Source: Lytechinus pictus (Eukaryota). Taken from it: a DNA stretch of 64,000 nucleotides. The DNA lies in the NCBI RefSeq assembly GCF_037042905.1, contig NC_087250.1, forward strand, positions 24,368,001 to 24,432,000, written 5' to 3'. Under the pieces are notes generated by a model. It saw only the letters and a list, made by a program, of their open reading frames with translations. It made no database searches and was not told the origin of the DNA. Below, piece after piece: positions 37,478 through 51,242 of this stretch. Numbering within the stretch: the first letter of the stretch is position 1; each line of letters starts with the position of its first letter. The translations under genes and the position numbers were made by a program.

Positions 37478-39545
37478 TATAATAATAATAATTATGGATA
37501 TTAAGAGCCGCTAAAACAAAAAGTACCATATAGCGCGTACAATGTATGAATGATTATTTAACATTTGCAATAATAACCACAATTAGTAATTCGAGATAAA
37601 AAGGGAAATTAATTATTGAGGAAAAAAGGTATGTCTTAAGGGAAGATTTGAAGCCAAAAATACTGGAAGCATTATTTATTTGAAGAGGGATGGCATTCCA
37701 AGTCTTGGCAGCTGCTACAGCAAAACATTTTTCGGCAGAGGAGAGTTTCGACAAGGGAATGCAAAGTCTGCATGTGTCGGTGATTGAACGAAAATTACGA
37801 GAGGGTGTGTATACTTTGATGGTATTATTAAGATATTCAGGTACCAATTGATTTAGAGTTTTGTATACATATAACAGACTTTAAACTGAATACGTTGGAA
37901 TGGAGGTAGCCAGTGAAGTTCCTTAAAGTAGGGGTGTAGTATGAGTTCGGGATCCAAAGCCAAAATTTAATCGAGCGGCACGATTCTGAATATCCTCGAG
38001 TTTTCTTCTATCCCTAGCTGACAAAACAGTATATAAACTATTGCAGTGATTTAACCGAGAAAGAATAAGTGCCCGCACAGCACGGTAACATGTCTTAAGA
38101 CATGTAAGATCAATGAATCTACAAATCCTCCAAAAATTGCTGAGATGATAATTACAATTACGGACAACCTGATATACCTGAGCAGACAGTGTGAACATGT
38201 TATCAATGCATACTCCAAGAACAGTAGTTTTAGTGGAGATGGGGATGCATTGACCATTAACATTAAGCTGGATATGTGATATTGTTAGCAGATGGCGGGC
38301 AGAAGAACAGAGAGCTATGAATTCTGTTTTGCTATTATTCAGCTGGAGATAGTTAGATGACATCCATATACTTATTTCTGAAATACAAAGAGAGGTTTTC
38401 CCAAGTGTTTCATTGATATTTTCAAAAGAGCACGGGTCAAAGGAACAATACAGTTGTATAACATTGGCGTAACAAATAAAATGTAGACCATGTTTATTAA
38501 TAATGTCAGAGATGGGAGAGATACACAGACTAAACAGAATCGGCACGAGAACTGACCCTTGAGGTACCCCAAACTAAGTGACCAACGGGTCAGACAACTC
38601 TCCCGTTATGCTTACCCTAGATGACCAACCAGTCAGATAAGACTTAAACCATCTCAGAGCTAGACCAGAAATGTGAAATCGAGATTCTAAGCGATTCAGT
38701 AATATGGTATGATCCACAGTATCAAAAGCTGCACTTAGGTCCAATGAGACTAAGAAAACACACTTATGTTGATCAAAAAGTGACAAATCAACATTCTCCG
38801 ATTTCAAAAGGGCTGTCTCAGTGCTGAAATAGGATCTATATGCTGACTGCATTGGATCGTATAAGCCATTATCATTAATTTATGCGTTCTGTTAGTTTAA
38901 TTGATACTACCTTTTCTATCACTTTAGCAATATGTGAAATATTGCTAACAGGCCTATAATTACATAATGTGTCTTTATTCAAATTGTTTTTTCTTGATTA
39001 TTGGTGTAACAGTAGCCTGATGAACACCATCTGGAAATGTACCCGATGATAATGAACTGTTTACAATATAATGTAGGTCAGAGCAGGAATATTGCAATTG
39101 ACAATTTTTTTTCAAAAGCCAAGTAGGTTGAGAATCTGTTAAAGAAGTGACTTTAGACATATTGCTTACAATGCGTTTGATATTATCCTTAATGACGACC
39201 TCAAAACAATTGAACATACTTTCATGAAAAGAACTGACTTCTTGATTATCTCCACTTCTTTGTGGAGGTGTATTTGTGACATTGTTGCGGATATCACTCT
39301 TCTTGACTAAAAACAAAGAAAGACGATTTGCTAGATCAAGAGGATTTTCATACACAGGAAGAAATTCAACATTCTTGTGGATCAGATTATTATCAATTTC
39401 AAAATCTGTTTCGACATTAGCTTTACAATGTAATTCCGTATAGTATTTTGTCTTAGCCTTTACTATGAGGTCGTTAACATGCTTGTTAGCTAGCTTAAAA
39501 GCTGTGTGATCAGTGTCAGAAGAACTTTTGATTCATTTCCGTTCA
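37478..39545 (-). mobile_element. Decayed L2-clade LINE RT with an (ATT)n tail
   Basis: [46 protein letters not shown]; several frameshifts. Confidence 0.9.
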
Positions 39546-39792
39546 ATCTTGTTCTGGGACGAACTAAATTCATTACCTTGACAAGATTTATCACAAATCA
39601 TGCCTTATACAATAAAATAATTCCCTGGGTTTATGATGAATCAAGATGGAGCAAATGGCCTTTTTCACATTATGATATGATAAAGGAAATACAATTTTTT
39701 TAACAGTATTAGGAAATCCACGATTTCCTTCCTCATAAATGTAGCTTCATATGATAAATGTACAGTATTTGTTTTTACCCCATTTGTAAATC

Positions 39793-40095
39793 CTATAGCT
39801 CACTTTCTTTTATAATATCTACGAGTAGCTGCTTCTTTTTTTCCGTAAATATTTCTATTAGTTTCTGAGCATCTCGTCCATTTTTCAAGACAAACTTATC
39901 AATAATAATCTTGTATCTCCTCTGCGGATCCATAGTCTGAATCGACGTATGCTCTGCAGAAGTTGCGGTGGCACCATCAAAGCCCAGATCTACAGCAAAC
40001 TCACTAACTGGATAAACCGTGGAATTAATTTGGTTGGCAAGTTCAAGCAACATAGCATCACTCAGTCTCCGTCCCGGCATGTTTACCTTATCTAC
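39793..40095 (-). CDS. Last exon of the ZU5-death domain gene; death domain
   Basis: LSDAMLLELANQI...EFAVDLGF...YKIIIDKFVLKNG...KLIEIF...LVDII* fits the death-fold pattern; acceptor either at 40095 (phase 0) or 40091 (phase 1). Confidence 0.7.
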   Translation of the reverse strand, partial: VDKVNMPGRRLSDAMLLELANQINSTVYPVSEFAVDLGFDGATATSAEHTSIQTMDPQRRYKIIIDKFVLKNGRDAQKLIEIFTEKKKQLLVDIIKESEL

Positions 40096-41832
40096 CTTAG
40101 AGGAACTGGTAAAGGGAAAATAATGTATTTTTTATGGTTAGAAACATAATTTTCCGATAAACTTAACAACATGTATAGTGAAAATATTAAATTAGGTCCT
40201 ACTGAAAACTTAAAAGTGGAACAGCTTACGGGATGGAATTCAAGTAACGTTGAAAATTGAAAGATCGTGTAACCCACTGTATCGGACAAAAATAAAGAAT
40301 GTGTCGAACTAAGCTAGGTCATATGTTTATAATAAATATAACATTACTTAAACATGACACTTTTACAAGAGTGAAGTAGTTATTTGTATTTTTTAATCAA
40401 ATCCTTGCAAAAATTGCCCTTTCTGCAATTATATAATTTCCCATAAAAATTATATTCTGAACTTCTCAGGGAAAAAAAATCTTGATAAAAAGTATTTCAA
40501 ATGATAAAGTACCCCCTATCGGCAACATTGATACATATCGAATTGGCACTCGATCTGAATTTATTAGTAGCTTTCTCGAGGTCGAAGATTTTGAAGGAAA
40601 AAAAAAACCGGGAGGGGCATATTGGGTCATGCAACAAATTGGACAGTATTTGGAAGAAGTGTTGAGCCCTCTATCATGTCTATCGGACAAATACAGAGTG
40701 TGTGTTTCTGTGAATTCGTAATTAAGTTTTTACAGACATATAACAATGATATATGATCATTTAGGATTGTGATCGGAAATTAAACATCTGTAGCGCATCT
40801 AATTTTGTCTGAAGGAGAGCAGCAATAGACATTCTACTTTGATTGATGAACAGGCTTAGTCCTACAACATCGTTGGAGTAAACTAAACTAAACTAAACTA
40901 AACTAAACTAAACTAAACTTAAATCACCAAAGTTCATCGACCTCATTGTGCCCCAAAGAGGGCACATTTGCAAAGAACATGGTAGATCTATAGTCGAGTT
41001 GACAGTCCCATAGACTCAATATACTAACCTAGAAATGTTTTTTTTTCTTGATTTGTGTTCCTATAGGGTCCTAGAACAAATTCAACTTGGTTGCCTAAAG
41101 TTGCCGTTTGGGCAATTTTGCTAATTGTAATAAATAAAAAATGGCCGCCAGATGCCCTCTTGAAAACATAAGTTTTTAACCCCTTGCCCCAAAATTATGA
41201 AAAATTACTCTTTATAGGGGTCTAGGGGTGTGTAGAATCGATTTATATGATCATTTTTGCGATAAGGTCATCTTCACGTCAAATCTAAGATGGCCGCCAA
41301 ATGCCATTTTGAAAAAAATCAACTTATGGACCCTCTGTCCTAGAATCATGAATTATACCGATTTTCGTGAGTTATTTGGTATTATGATTCCATTTCTGAT
41401 TATAATTTTGCAATATATATAGGACCATCTTAACACCAAATTCAAGATGGCCGCTAAACGCCATATAAAAAAAACTGCTTCCCGAGACTTTTGGACCTTG
41501 AACCTTAAAGAAGTACTCTCCCAAAAAGCTGTCCTGAAGAGGGTTACCTGTGTAGGAGCTCATGTAAGAGGATTTCATTGAGAATAATTCATTTCTTTTA
41601 ATCTCTCCATTTTTAGTTTGAGGTCAAGTCAGGTCTAAGATGGTCCGATTGTTTTATAGATTTCGTCCTTAACCTCTCACCTATAGAATGAAACCATTCA
41701 AGGTTTGGGCTATGATCCATTTCGGGAGATCTAATCATTTTTGTATGTCCAACCATACTAGTGAACAGTGAAATGGCTTCATAGTATTATTTGAATTAAA
41801 AAGTGATTTTCAGAAATTAGTCAATTTATTAC

Positions 41833-41864
41833 CTTCCTTTTTATCATTGGGCTTTTCGTCCTGA
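41833..41864 (-). CDS. Tentative micro-exon of the ZU5-death domain gene (SQDEKPNDKKE)
   Basis: Good GTAATA donor; phase 2 to phase 1 bridges the 45235 and 40091 exons, but the AAG acceptor is weak. Confidence 0.35.
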
Positions 41865-42939
41865 CTTGGTCAGCAGGGGTGCATTTTTTAGCCTCCTAAG
41901 ATAGGCTGTCCCCCAAAACCTGTTCCTTGGTGCGGACCAAAACACCTCTTTTTATTCGGCCATCGCTGGTCTAAATATTAACCAAATTTCATGTTTTAGG
42001 TATCTTTATAAAGAAGAAAAATCATTCATTTAGGTCATGTGTTTGGATTTTTAAAAAAATGTTGTAATATAGGTTAAACTTTCGATCTAAAACATGAAAC
42101 AAAATAATTATTTTATGCAACAATAGTTGGTGTTTTTACCCTTTGTTTCTGTTTGAGCACAAATGATTTTTAGATTATGATAAAGCTGGAGATCTAAGCT
42201 TTAATATATAATTTTTATAAGAAGAGGTATTTTAGATGGGTCAGCAGCCAGCTTTTCATAGGCCAAGTACATGTAGCAGTAAAAACAGGAATACTGCGCT
42301 CTGATTGGTCAGAGAGACTACACACCCACGCAAATTCCAATGTTCCCCACACTGGGCCTCTGAAGGTCACACTCACCATGTGGTAATCTCTTCAAATTAC
42401 CCGCCGCTGTTTGTTTTGAAAACGTTATTCAGCCAATCAGAACTCTAGATTTTATGCTACTCAAAAATTTCAGAAATCTCGTCTTGCATCTTGATGGAAA
42501 AGGCTGGCTGCTGACCCATCTAAAAGGTGTCACATATCGAGAGTGACATTGTATGAAAGCAGAGAGTTTGAGCTTTCTGAGGATATAAATAATGTTTGTG
42601 CCGAAAACACAAAATTTTGCACAATTTGCAAGATTAAACAGGAAGAAAACTCTTTTTGAGGCCTCTTTTCATGCCTAAAATTCACCTATTTATCAAAATA
42701 TTTTATTCAAAAGAAATAAGTAATATTAAAGAGTAACGTTTACTCTTTCCTACTGTACAAAAATAATCAATATTACTAAAGGAAAAAGTGGTTAATTTCT
42801 TTGAGAAAAAAGTCTCACAATTCACGATATTTTGTAGGGATATGAATTCAGCCACGAGAGGACTTGGATAAACCTTGCTCATATGCTCATTAACACAGGG
42901 GCTTGCAGACTGACTGCCTGTAAAAGACAGACATCCTGA

Positions 42940-43660
42940 TCGACCCATGACTGTTCTCCAGATAGTTCGCAATTGGATAGTGACTTTCTGTCTCCATCTC
43001 CATTTCACTGGACAAGAAGATCAGCACCAGGATAGGAAAATCTGCAACAGTCATGGCCAAACTCCTGTATGGAAGTAAGTCCTGGAAAATGTACGCCGAT
43101 CAAGAAAAGTGGCTAAGCATCTTCCATTTCAGCTACCTCGGACGTATCCTGCACTTTAAATGACAGGACAGAGTGAAAAATGCAGAGGCCCTGCAGCGTA
43201 CATGCTTGCATCCCCAACTTATTCTCGCTCCTTGGTCAAAGGCGCCTCAAATAGTCATGATAGTTGAGGCATGTAAGCATGAAACGTACCTGTAAGGTCA
43301 GCTGTTCGACAAGTCTCGGCCCATCGGTTGACAGGTTGACGTGGTTGATAACACATGCAAACGTGACATATAACTTGCCGGCATTGGCACTAACACTTAT
43401 GTGGAGATGTGGATAGTCGACATCTATGGAGAAGTACAGGTGTGAAGACGTCATAAAATAATTGGAATGCTAAATTGGCAGACCAAAGGCTTAGGAGGAA
43501 GGCCAGGGCAACATCTGTATCTAAATCTCAGCGCCATCCTCCATCTGTACAAATTGTTCTAGAGACCGCCACTCAAGAGCGGAACTCTACAGCCACTATA
43601 CAAAGTGTAAAACCTAGCTCTACACCATCGTCTTTTGAGACGAACGGATGCCTACCTATC
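42940..43660 (+). mobile_element. Decayed RTE-clade LINE 3' fragment
   Basis: RIGKSA...LYGSKSW...IFH...RIL...QDRV.N...QRRL, a terminal C..C.RD.HSR..LYSH motif and an RTE-like end GTCTTTTGAGACGAACGGATGCC. Confidence 0.8.
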
Positions 43661-44185
43661 ATCGGACACTTTGATTTAGGAAAAATATGGAGAAAACACT
43701 TTAAAATTCAAATAAGACTTTAAAGCCTCTTCAGTACAAAAGTATGGATAGACATTGAAAAAAACATTGATAAGAACACGCGAAACCCTAAGGCGAGCGT
43801 TTAATGTAGAAATCTGACAACCTTCTGACTATCTTAGATCTGACTTCACCTTAACGTAAAATTGAGAATTAATAAAAAAAAGTGAGTATTCTAACTGAAA
43901 TCCCCTTACATTAGCTCTTACACGTAAGCCCCGGAAAGTAATTTTTTCAAGATGGCGTTTGGCGGCCAACTTGGATTTGATCTGAAGATTATTCTTTATT
44001 GCAAAATTACAACACTAATTGAATCATACCTAATAACTCACGGATAGAGTTATATTATTCATGATTCAAAGGGTTTCAAGATGGCGTTATCTGGCGGCCA
44101 ACTTGGATTTGACCTGAAGACGACCTTATATTGCAAAAGTAATAATATAAATGGATTATACACAACCCTAAACCCCTACAAGGAG

Positions 44186-44753
44186 CCCGGGGTGCCACTT
44201 TCATTGACGAGTAGATACCATGCGCGACCATGGGGTCTCAAAAAGCACCCTAAACACGTATTTTCCATGTTCTGAAAATGCACCCCTTAACAAGTATTGG
44301 CGTGTGAAACCCTACCCTTAACAAGTATTGGAAACAAAACGATACTCTTGGCAAGTATTCCCTGAATTGAACCCCTAAACAAGTACAGCGATATTTTAAT
44401 TGTTATGTCACGGACGTCGGTCGTAGTTTACATGTACCTTTAACTACATCATTGGGTATAGTACAGCCCCACCTCCCACACCTCGCGTAAATTGTACTCT
44501 AAACACGTAGTGTTGACTGGGGCAAAAGTACATCCTTAATAAAACATTTTAGTCCTAATTTTCTATACCCTCGCAAATTTGACCCTAAACGCGTAGCTCT
44601 TCTAGCGAAAATAGATACCCTTTTTTCATTATTTTAGTTATTTTGACACCCTTATTACGTCACGTGCCCTATCTTGAAAAAGACACCCTTTTTACGTGTT
44701 TTTTTGGTCGCGCATGGTATCCACTCGTCAATGTAAGTGCCCCCCCCCCCGGG
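44186..44753. mobile_element. CCCGGG-terminated MITE with 2-bp TSD AG; degraded inverted copy at about 11830-12235
   Basis: CATTGACGAGTAGATACCATGCGCGACCA ... TGGTCGCGCATGGTATCCACTCGTCAATG. Confidence 0.75.
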
Positions 44754-45234
44754 AGAAGGAGTTATTCCTCGTCATTTTGGGGCAAGAGGTTCAAAGGTTT
44801 GGTTATCAAGATGGCATCTGGCGGCCATTTTTTATTTATGCAAATTAGCAAAATTGCCCAAACACCAACTTTGGGCAACCAAGCTGAATTTGTTCTAGGA
44901 CCTCATAGGAACCTGAATCCAGAAAAAACTTCATCGGAAAAAACATTCTAGGTTCGGAAAATGTAATATTGACTACTACCTGTGAGTTCTTCTGCACCCA
45001 ACTGAATCGACATACAATAGGGGAATATCCACACAAAAGAAATGAAGTGGGTCCTACAAATGATTTCCTGTCTATGATCCAGACTATCACGTCTTCTGAC
45101 TTTTCATAAAATGCCTCGCGAAACTCAAATTCCTGACAGACAACCTAATTCGTCCTCATGCCGAATTAAACCGATTGTTGTCATTCACTATAGTAATGCT
45201 TTAAAATAAATATGAATTTAAATTGTAAGCTAAC

Positions 45235-45385
45235 CTTGTTGTAACGCCGGATGATGAATTATCTAGGGATTGAGCGCCTACAGCGGTAGCATTGTTTTCG
45301 TGTTGCTCTTGAGATGGATCTAAATCTGAAGTTGGCGAACTGTCAGGTCTAGAATCGTGGTATCTCGGTGATGCAAGAGGCGTTT
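45235..45385 (-). CDS. S/P-rich linker exon of the ZU5-death domain gene
   Basis: TAG acceptor and GTTAG donor; phase 1 matches the previous exon; open frame ETPLASPRYHDSRPDSSPTSDLDPSQEQ...SSSGVTT. Confidence 0.6.
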
Positions 45386-45764
45386 CTAATTGTTAGAATC
45401 AAACAAATCGAATCTTCAGGAAAATGGCTCATTAATAACCAGTATTTTGTATTCATGTGTGACAGCCGTATCCCGGCACAAGCTTTCCTTTCAGGGAATT
45501 ACCCTTCTTCGGTTAACAGAATCTTTTCTTAATTACACTATTTTTTTATATTGATTTTGCATGGATTATAGTGAAAAAAAAATAGATTTGATTGATTGAT
45601 TCTGATTCTTTGAAGAAATTGCGCCAAATTTTTTTGTGGAGTTTATTTTTATTTCTACAATTAATAGTTTTGCCTTACACCCCTGCTTTTTACCCCCAAA
45701 ATGAGAACAAAAGCATGAATAAATACCATCTACTTCTGATTCTTGAACAGTCAGCCCCCCCCCC

Positions 45765-45798
<34 letters not shown>

Positions 45799-46383
45799 TT
45801 AAAACCGTTCCGTGACCCCAGCAAACTTCATACTTTCAATTACCATGTATTGTACTTTTCCTCCAGAATCATGCAGTTCGTCTTGAATACTTGCTGTGAT
45901 TTTTTTTCAGTTTCCGGAAAAGTATTTCCATTGTTTAAACACCTACGAGCAACAGCAGAATGTCGCGAATCGATACCTTTCCCAATAATTCCAGTATGTA
46001 CAAAATAATATTCAATTAATACACGCAGACTTAATTAGAATGCATTGGAACTAAATGAAAGCACAGCAGCGTGTTCAAATCAGCTAGATATTCAAATTCA
46101 TGGCTGCTTTGTACACTATTAAAAATCATATAAACAACGCTGTTTACTATGAGAATGGCACAGTAGTTGTTTAAACAGTAAAACAAGTGTTTAAAATCTT
46201 AAACAACCATGCTTATATTATTGATAATTAAATATTTGATTCTAAAAATTAGTTTAAAATGTTTAAACAACCCCTATGCGATTCACATGTAAACAGCGTT
46301 GTTTATATTTTTAACAGTGTAGGTGGATAGAATATCGCGATGCCATCGACGGTTCATTTAGTTATACAAATATGAAGAGTTAC

Positions 46384-46534
46384 CAATTAACTGCATTGGA
46401 ACCAGGAGTTCACTTGTTGTGCTTTGTTTCAAGACGAAAGTGACTATCATCTCAGCATCTTGGATATCTTTTGTGTCCACTTTGAATTTCGGTTGGCAGT
46501 CTGTCAAGTAGCGTATCTTGCGTTCCTCGAGAAT
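46384..46534 (-). CDS. Exon of the ZU5-death domain gene (UPA-like beta region)
   Basis: TTACAG acceptor, GTAACT donor, phase 0 to 1; ILEERKIRYLTDCQPKFKVD...VTFVLKQ. Confidence 0.7.
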
Positions 46535-47384
46535 CTGTAATATAATTATGAAAAATAAGTAAATAAGTAAATACATAAGTAAACTCAACAAATTAGGTAT
46601 TAAATATGTTAAATTATGTGGGTTTGGGGGGGGGGGCATCACCATCAGTATTAGAGCATGATTACAATGACGATTGTTTGCAAAGGGCGAGACAGGCACA
46701 TATACATTGCTTAATACAAACATTAATGTTGACAAAAAATAAAATTGTCATTTTTACTGCATATATCAAGCACAACAAATAGTCCAGTCATTGTAGCCCA
46801 AATTTTGACCAAACTTGGAACAAATTGCAACATAATTTTTTGTCACCACAATGCATTTCTGTGAGGTCCCTAGTACAACATACTAAAAGTCCCAAACTAT
46901 CCAAATAGGGGAAAGGCATCTATTTTGCATAAATCCAAGATGGCTGCCATAATTAATTGATATACCTTATCCTTAATATTATTTGTACAGATAATGGGAT
47001 AATCTATGATTAAGATATTATAAATCCATTGCAATCGTTTTCGGGACTGTCCGCTTAATATTTTTTGAAAAATGTGAGAATTTATGCCAAAATTTTCATG
47101 TTCTCGGTCAAAAAGTTGCATGTGCGTTAATATCTTTCTGTTTCATCACTAGCATCAACAACTAATGCACAAGATTAAAGGCAAATACATCCGAATGTAT
47201 TATTCGATATTGCAGTAAAGTGACACCAAACACCAACCTCCGTGTCTTAGTCACACTTTTGATATCGACCACAACGCGATCGCTGGCATGCCTTTGAAGG
47301 GAGTACAATATATTAAATTGGTCTTGCCTAGCCTTTGTTGGTATGACCATGAGCGTATAGCGATAGAAAGGTGTATATTATCAA

Positions 47385-48957
47385 TTGCAATAACAAGTCA
47401 ATTTGCTAAAATTGCAGAATCTTTTATAGCCAAATGGCTTCTTAAAGATATCACTGACAAAATTGACTCACGACAATTCGGAAACCGCTCTGGTTTTTCG
47501 ACCACTCATTATCTTGTGAGTTTGCTCCACAAAATGTATGAGAATGGCGAAAAGAGCAAGAGTCTATCCACGGTTGTGTGTACTGATTTCACAAAGGCAT
47601 TTGATAGGCTGGATCATATTAAACATCCTCGTTAGGAAGTTGATCAAACTCAATGTACGACCTTGTATCATTAGATGGATTATAAGTTTTTTGGAAAATC
47701 GTCAACAATATCAAGGCACTTTGTCTAATTACTTACCCAATCACGCTGGCGTACCCCGAGGGACTAAATTAGGTCCTATCCTCTTCCTGATTATGATTGA
47801 TGATGCTTGTGAAAACACATCAGTCGATTGCTATAAATATGTAGACGATCTTACTTTGTTGGAATGTCGTAAAGAAAATTATCCTTCTGACTTACAATCT
47901 ACATTATACAATCTGGATCAGTGATCCTCCTAAACCATGTAAACCACATGAAGTTGAACCCTTCAAAATGTTCTTCACTAATTGTGACATTCTCCAAATA
48001 TCCTCCTGCTGAGCCAAGCTTTTATATTGATAACTTACCTCTACAAAAACTTCAATCTGTTAAAATTCTCGGTGTAATCGTCCAATCCAATCAAAAATGG
48101 GACCTACATATCATGGAAATCATCAAAAATGTAACAGGAAGTTGAACATGTTTAGGCTTTTGAAGCGATATGGGCTGTCTCTATCGGATCTGAAATTGAT
48201 ATACATGGGCTACATTCGTCCTGTTATGAAATATTGCACCCCAGTTTTTAATGGTGGGCTTACAAAGAAACATGTAAGAAGTTTAGAGCAAATTCAAAAA
48301 AGAGCTTGGAGAATCAGGTTGGGCCAAAACTACACAGATGATGCCAGTGCTTGCCTATCATGTAAAATTCCTACTCTGGAATACAGAAGGGAGAAACTCA
48401 GCCTGGATTTCGCAATGTCTTTAACCAAACATCCAACATTCAGTACCTGGTTACCTCCTCCAAAAAACTTAACCATCAATCTCCGACATACTCCTAGATA
48501 TCAGCAATACAAATGTAAGACAAATCGATTTCGCAATAGCCCCATACCATATTTCATAGATCTCCTGAATAAAGACATGCCTAATCAATAAACCCATTGC
48601 TCATTTGAAAGCAATACCAGCCTACTTGCAATATCAAGATTTTTCATGAATGAGGAAATCAACTCTTTTATTTAATATCCATATATTTTTATTGATCTTT
48701 TACAGCTTACTTATTTTGTTTTTATTATTCTTAATTTACCTTTTCCTCATTATCTTATGTACATGTTTATACATTTTCATTGCCTAAGTATTCTTGCCTA
48801 TACACATATTTATCATGTCAGTTTTTACAAAGGTGTACTGCTTTTTAATGTTTGAAATATGTAATGAGTCTTTTAATTGTTTTAACTTTGTATACATGAC
48901 CAATTCAGCCATTTGGCTGCGACTCATGTTTTTAATAAACCTTGAATTGAATTGAAT
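47385..48957 (+). mobile_element. 5'-truncated, frameshifted non-LTR retrotransposon RT (L2/CR1 supergroup) with an (AATTG)n tail
   Basis: QFGNRSGFSTTHYL, DFTKAFD, GVPRGTKLGPILF, KYVDD, LEQIQKRA, RFRNSPIPY. Confidence 0.9.
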
Positions 48958-49239
48958 CGAAAATTGATATGTGGGTAAAGGGCTTTTTCTACATATTAAA
49001 GCAACTGTTGTATTAATGAAATCTCTTGGAAAAGTTAGAGGATGCATTGTTCTGCGTGCTGCATGCAATTACGTTCAAGAGCATTAAAGCAGTCCCGCAA
49101 TAGCCTGTCAAAGCTACCCCCTATCCGTAGCTCAACTATTAAAATATCGTGCTTTTGGGGGCCCCCAATGTGACAAAGTGGTGTTTAGCTACAGGGAAAA
49201 ACTATTTTTATTGTCTTGAAATCACTTGGAGGCAAAAGA

Positions 49240-50450
49240 GGAGGCTTTTCTCTACCAGTTACATATAACATGTATAAAGAAGTGATGGCACAGCAAATCC
49301 TACCCCCTAAGGGGACTGCCGAAGTCACCAATCCCTTTTCGTATTTTGCCCATTTCTTGGAAAGTTCGCCATTTTTAGCCCCATTGAGGCAAACGGCGTT
49401 TCCCCTTTGCAGTAAACCACTTTTATTGTTTTGTAAGCACTTGGGGATGAAAAACACATTTTCCTCTATCAGCTGAATATAAAGAAGTGCTGGCACAGCA
49501 AACCCTACCTCTCAGGGGTTTGCCGAAGTCACCCACCCCTTTTCCATATTTTGCTTATTTATGGAAAAATCTACCAATTCGGAGCCCTCATTGATGTAAA
49601 AATGTTTTTCTGATATATAGCAAACCAATTTCATTGTTTCGTAACAACTTGGAGATAATTTTTTTTCGCTGAGAAAAAAAACATCCGATTGCACCGTAAA
49701 AGTAAGTTTACCGTGGGCGAGTAGTTGGTTAGATCTAGCCGTAATTAGTGTCGGTCCCACAGCCTTACAATGGCGTGCAGTATGCCTAAAGTACCAAAGC
49801 AATGGTGCTTGGGTAAAGACGAATCTTTTGTACACCTTTAATTTTGATCCTAATTTTGCTTTCTTCTAATCTGAGTCGGTAAAAAAAAGTAGATTTCCCT
49901 CTATCAGCTACATATAACGAAGTGCTGGCTCAGCAAAGTCTACCCCCTCAGGGCTTGCCGAAGTCCCCCCACCCTTTTGCCTATTTTCCCTCTTTATTAA
50001 AACAAAATCGCAGTTTTTGACCCCCCCCCCCCCTTCAGGCAAAGAGGCATTTCTGCTATATGGCAAAGTCACTTTTATTATTTAAAACCACTTAAAGATG
50101 AAACGATAGGTTTCGTCTATCAGCTACATGTAAAAAACTGGTGGCACACCGACGCTACTAATCCAGGGGCTGCTGTAGTCTCCCCATGTTTTTGCCGATT
50201 TTGCCTAATTGTTAGAAAATTAGTCAATTTTATCCCACCGTTGAGGCAAAAGGCGTTTCTACTGTAGAGAAAAGTCACTTTAATTTTGTTAAACCACTAG
50301 GAGATGAAAGATAATGTTTTTTTTTTCTATCAGCTATATATTTGTTAGCACATCGACCCCTTCCCTCTTCAGGGGCTCCAAATTGACAGATTTTCCCATA
50401 AATTGGCAAAATACGGAAAAGGGGTGAGTGACTTCGGTAGTATAATAGGA
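49240..50450. repeat. Degenerate direct repeats of about 215 bp
   Basis: Recurrent CTATCAGCTA...TGGCACAGCAAA..CTACCCC..AGGGG..TGCCGAAGTCACC at about 49250, 49465, 49900, 50117 and 50328. Confidence 0.65.
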
Positions 50451-51131
50451 TGTGGCAGGTTTAATGGCTACATTTCATTTTTTCTCTTGAACTGAGATCG
50501 AGCAGGCAGAAAATATCATTATTTTTTTGTACAATGTCACGTGACTAGCATAATTATGATAGTTTCCGTGCCTAGACCCTTTCATGTTAAGCAATATTAA
50601 TACAGTCCAAACAGAATCGAAGTTATGCATTAGTATTAATAGTAACAATGTTCTTGTAGTAAAATCTTTGCTTACTGATATTTATGATAAAGCTTTAGTT
50701 TGAGGAGGCCAATTATTTATAGTAATATCGAGTCCGGAGTTGATATGATTTGCAATCGGGTCTGAGTACAAAATAAACACTAGCATCGCCTGCTACGTAA
50801 ACTAAATGAGCGAATGTGACCAAAACTAATCATTATGTTTATGCAAATTAAAACACTTTCCCCTATTCTGATTTTTTGAGACTTTTAGTATGGTCTTCTA
50901 TGGACCTCAAAAAAAATTCTGCATTGGAATAAATTCTGTTTCAATTTGTTTTAAGTTAAAATGACTGGACTACTTGGTTACGGTAATAAAAAGTATTGAT
51001 CTCCACTACAAAGTTGCATCATAATTATTTATTATTGAGTCTTAATTATTTGTCGCTAATTCCGCCACATAGAAACTATAAACGCTTTAAACATTACACT
51101 CCTGATCAACTTATATCTATGTGAATTTTAC

Positions 51132-51242
51132 CTTTGGAGAATCTCCCATGGTGCTTTCTGGACAAGTAATTTCCATTGGGCCAGTTCCCCACTCAAATAG
51201 AAATTCTTCTCCTTTAAACGGAGCTTTATATCGAGTCGGAAC
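51132..51242 (-). CDS. Exon of the ZU5-death domain gene
   Basis: CAG acceptor, GTAAAA donor, 111 nt, phase 0-0; VPTRYKAPFKGEEFLFEWGTGPMEITCPESTMGDSPK. Confidence 0.7.

Noticed and set aside
45844..45942. Additional exon of the ZU5-death domain gene
   Set aside because: AG/GT bounded, but it gives an immediate stop in the phase 1 frame required by the flanking exons.
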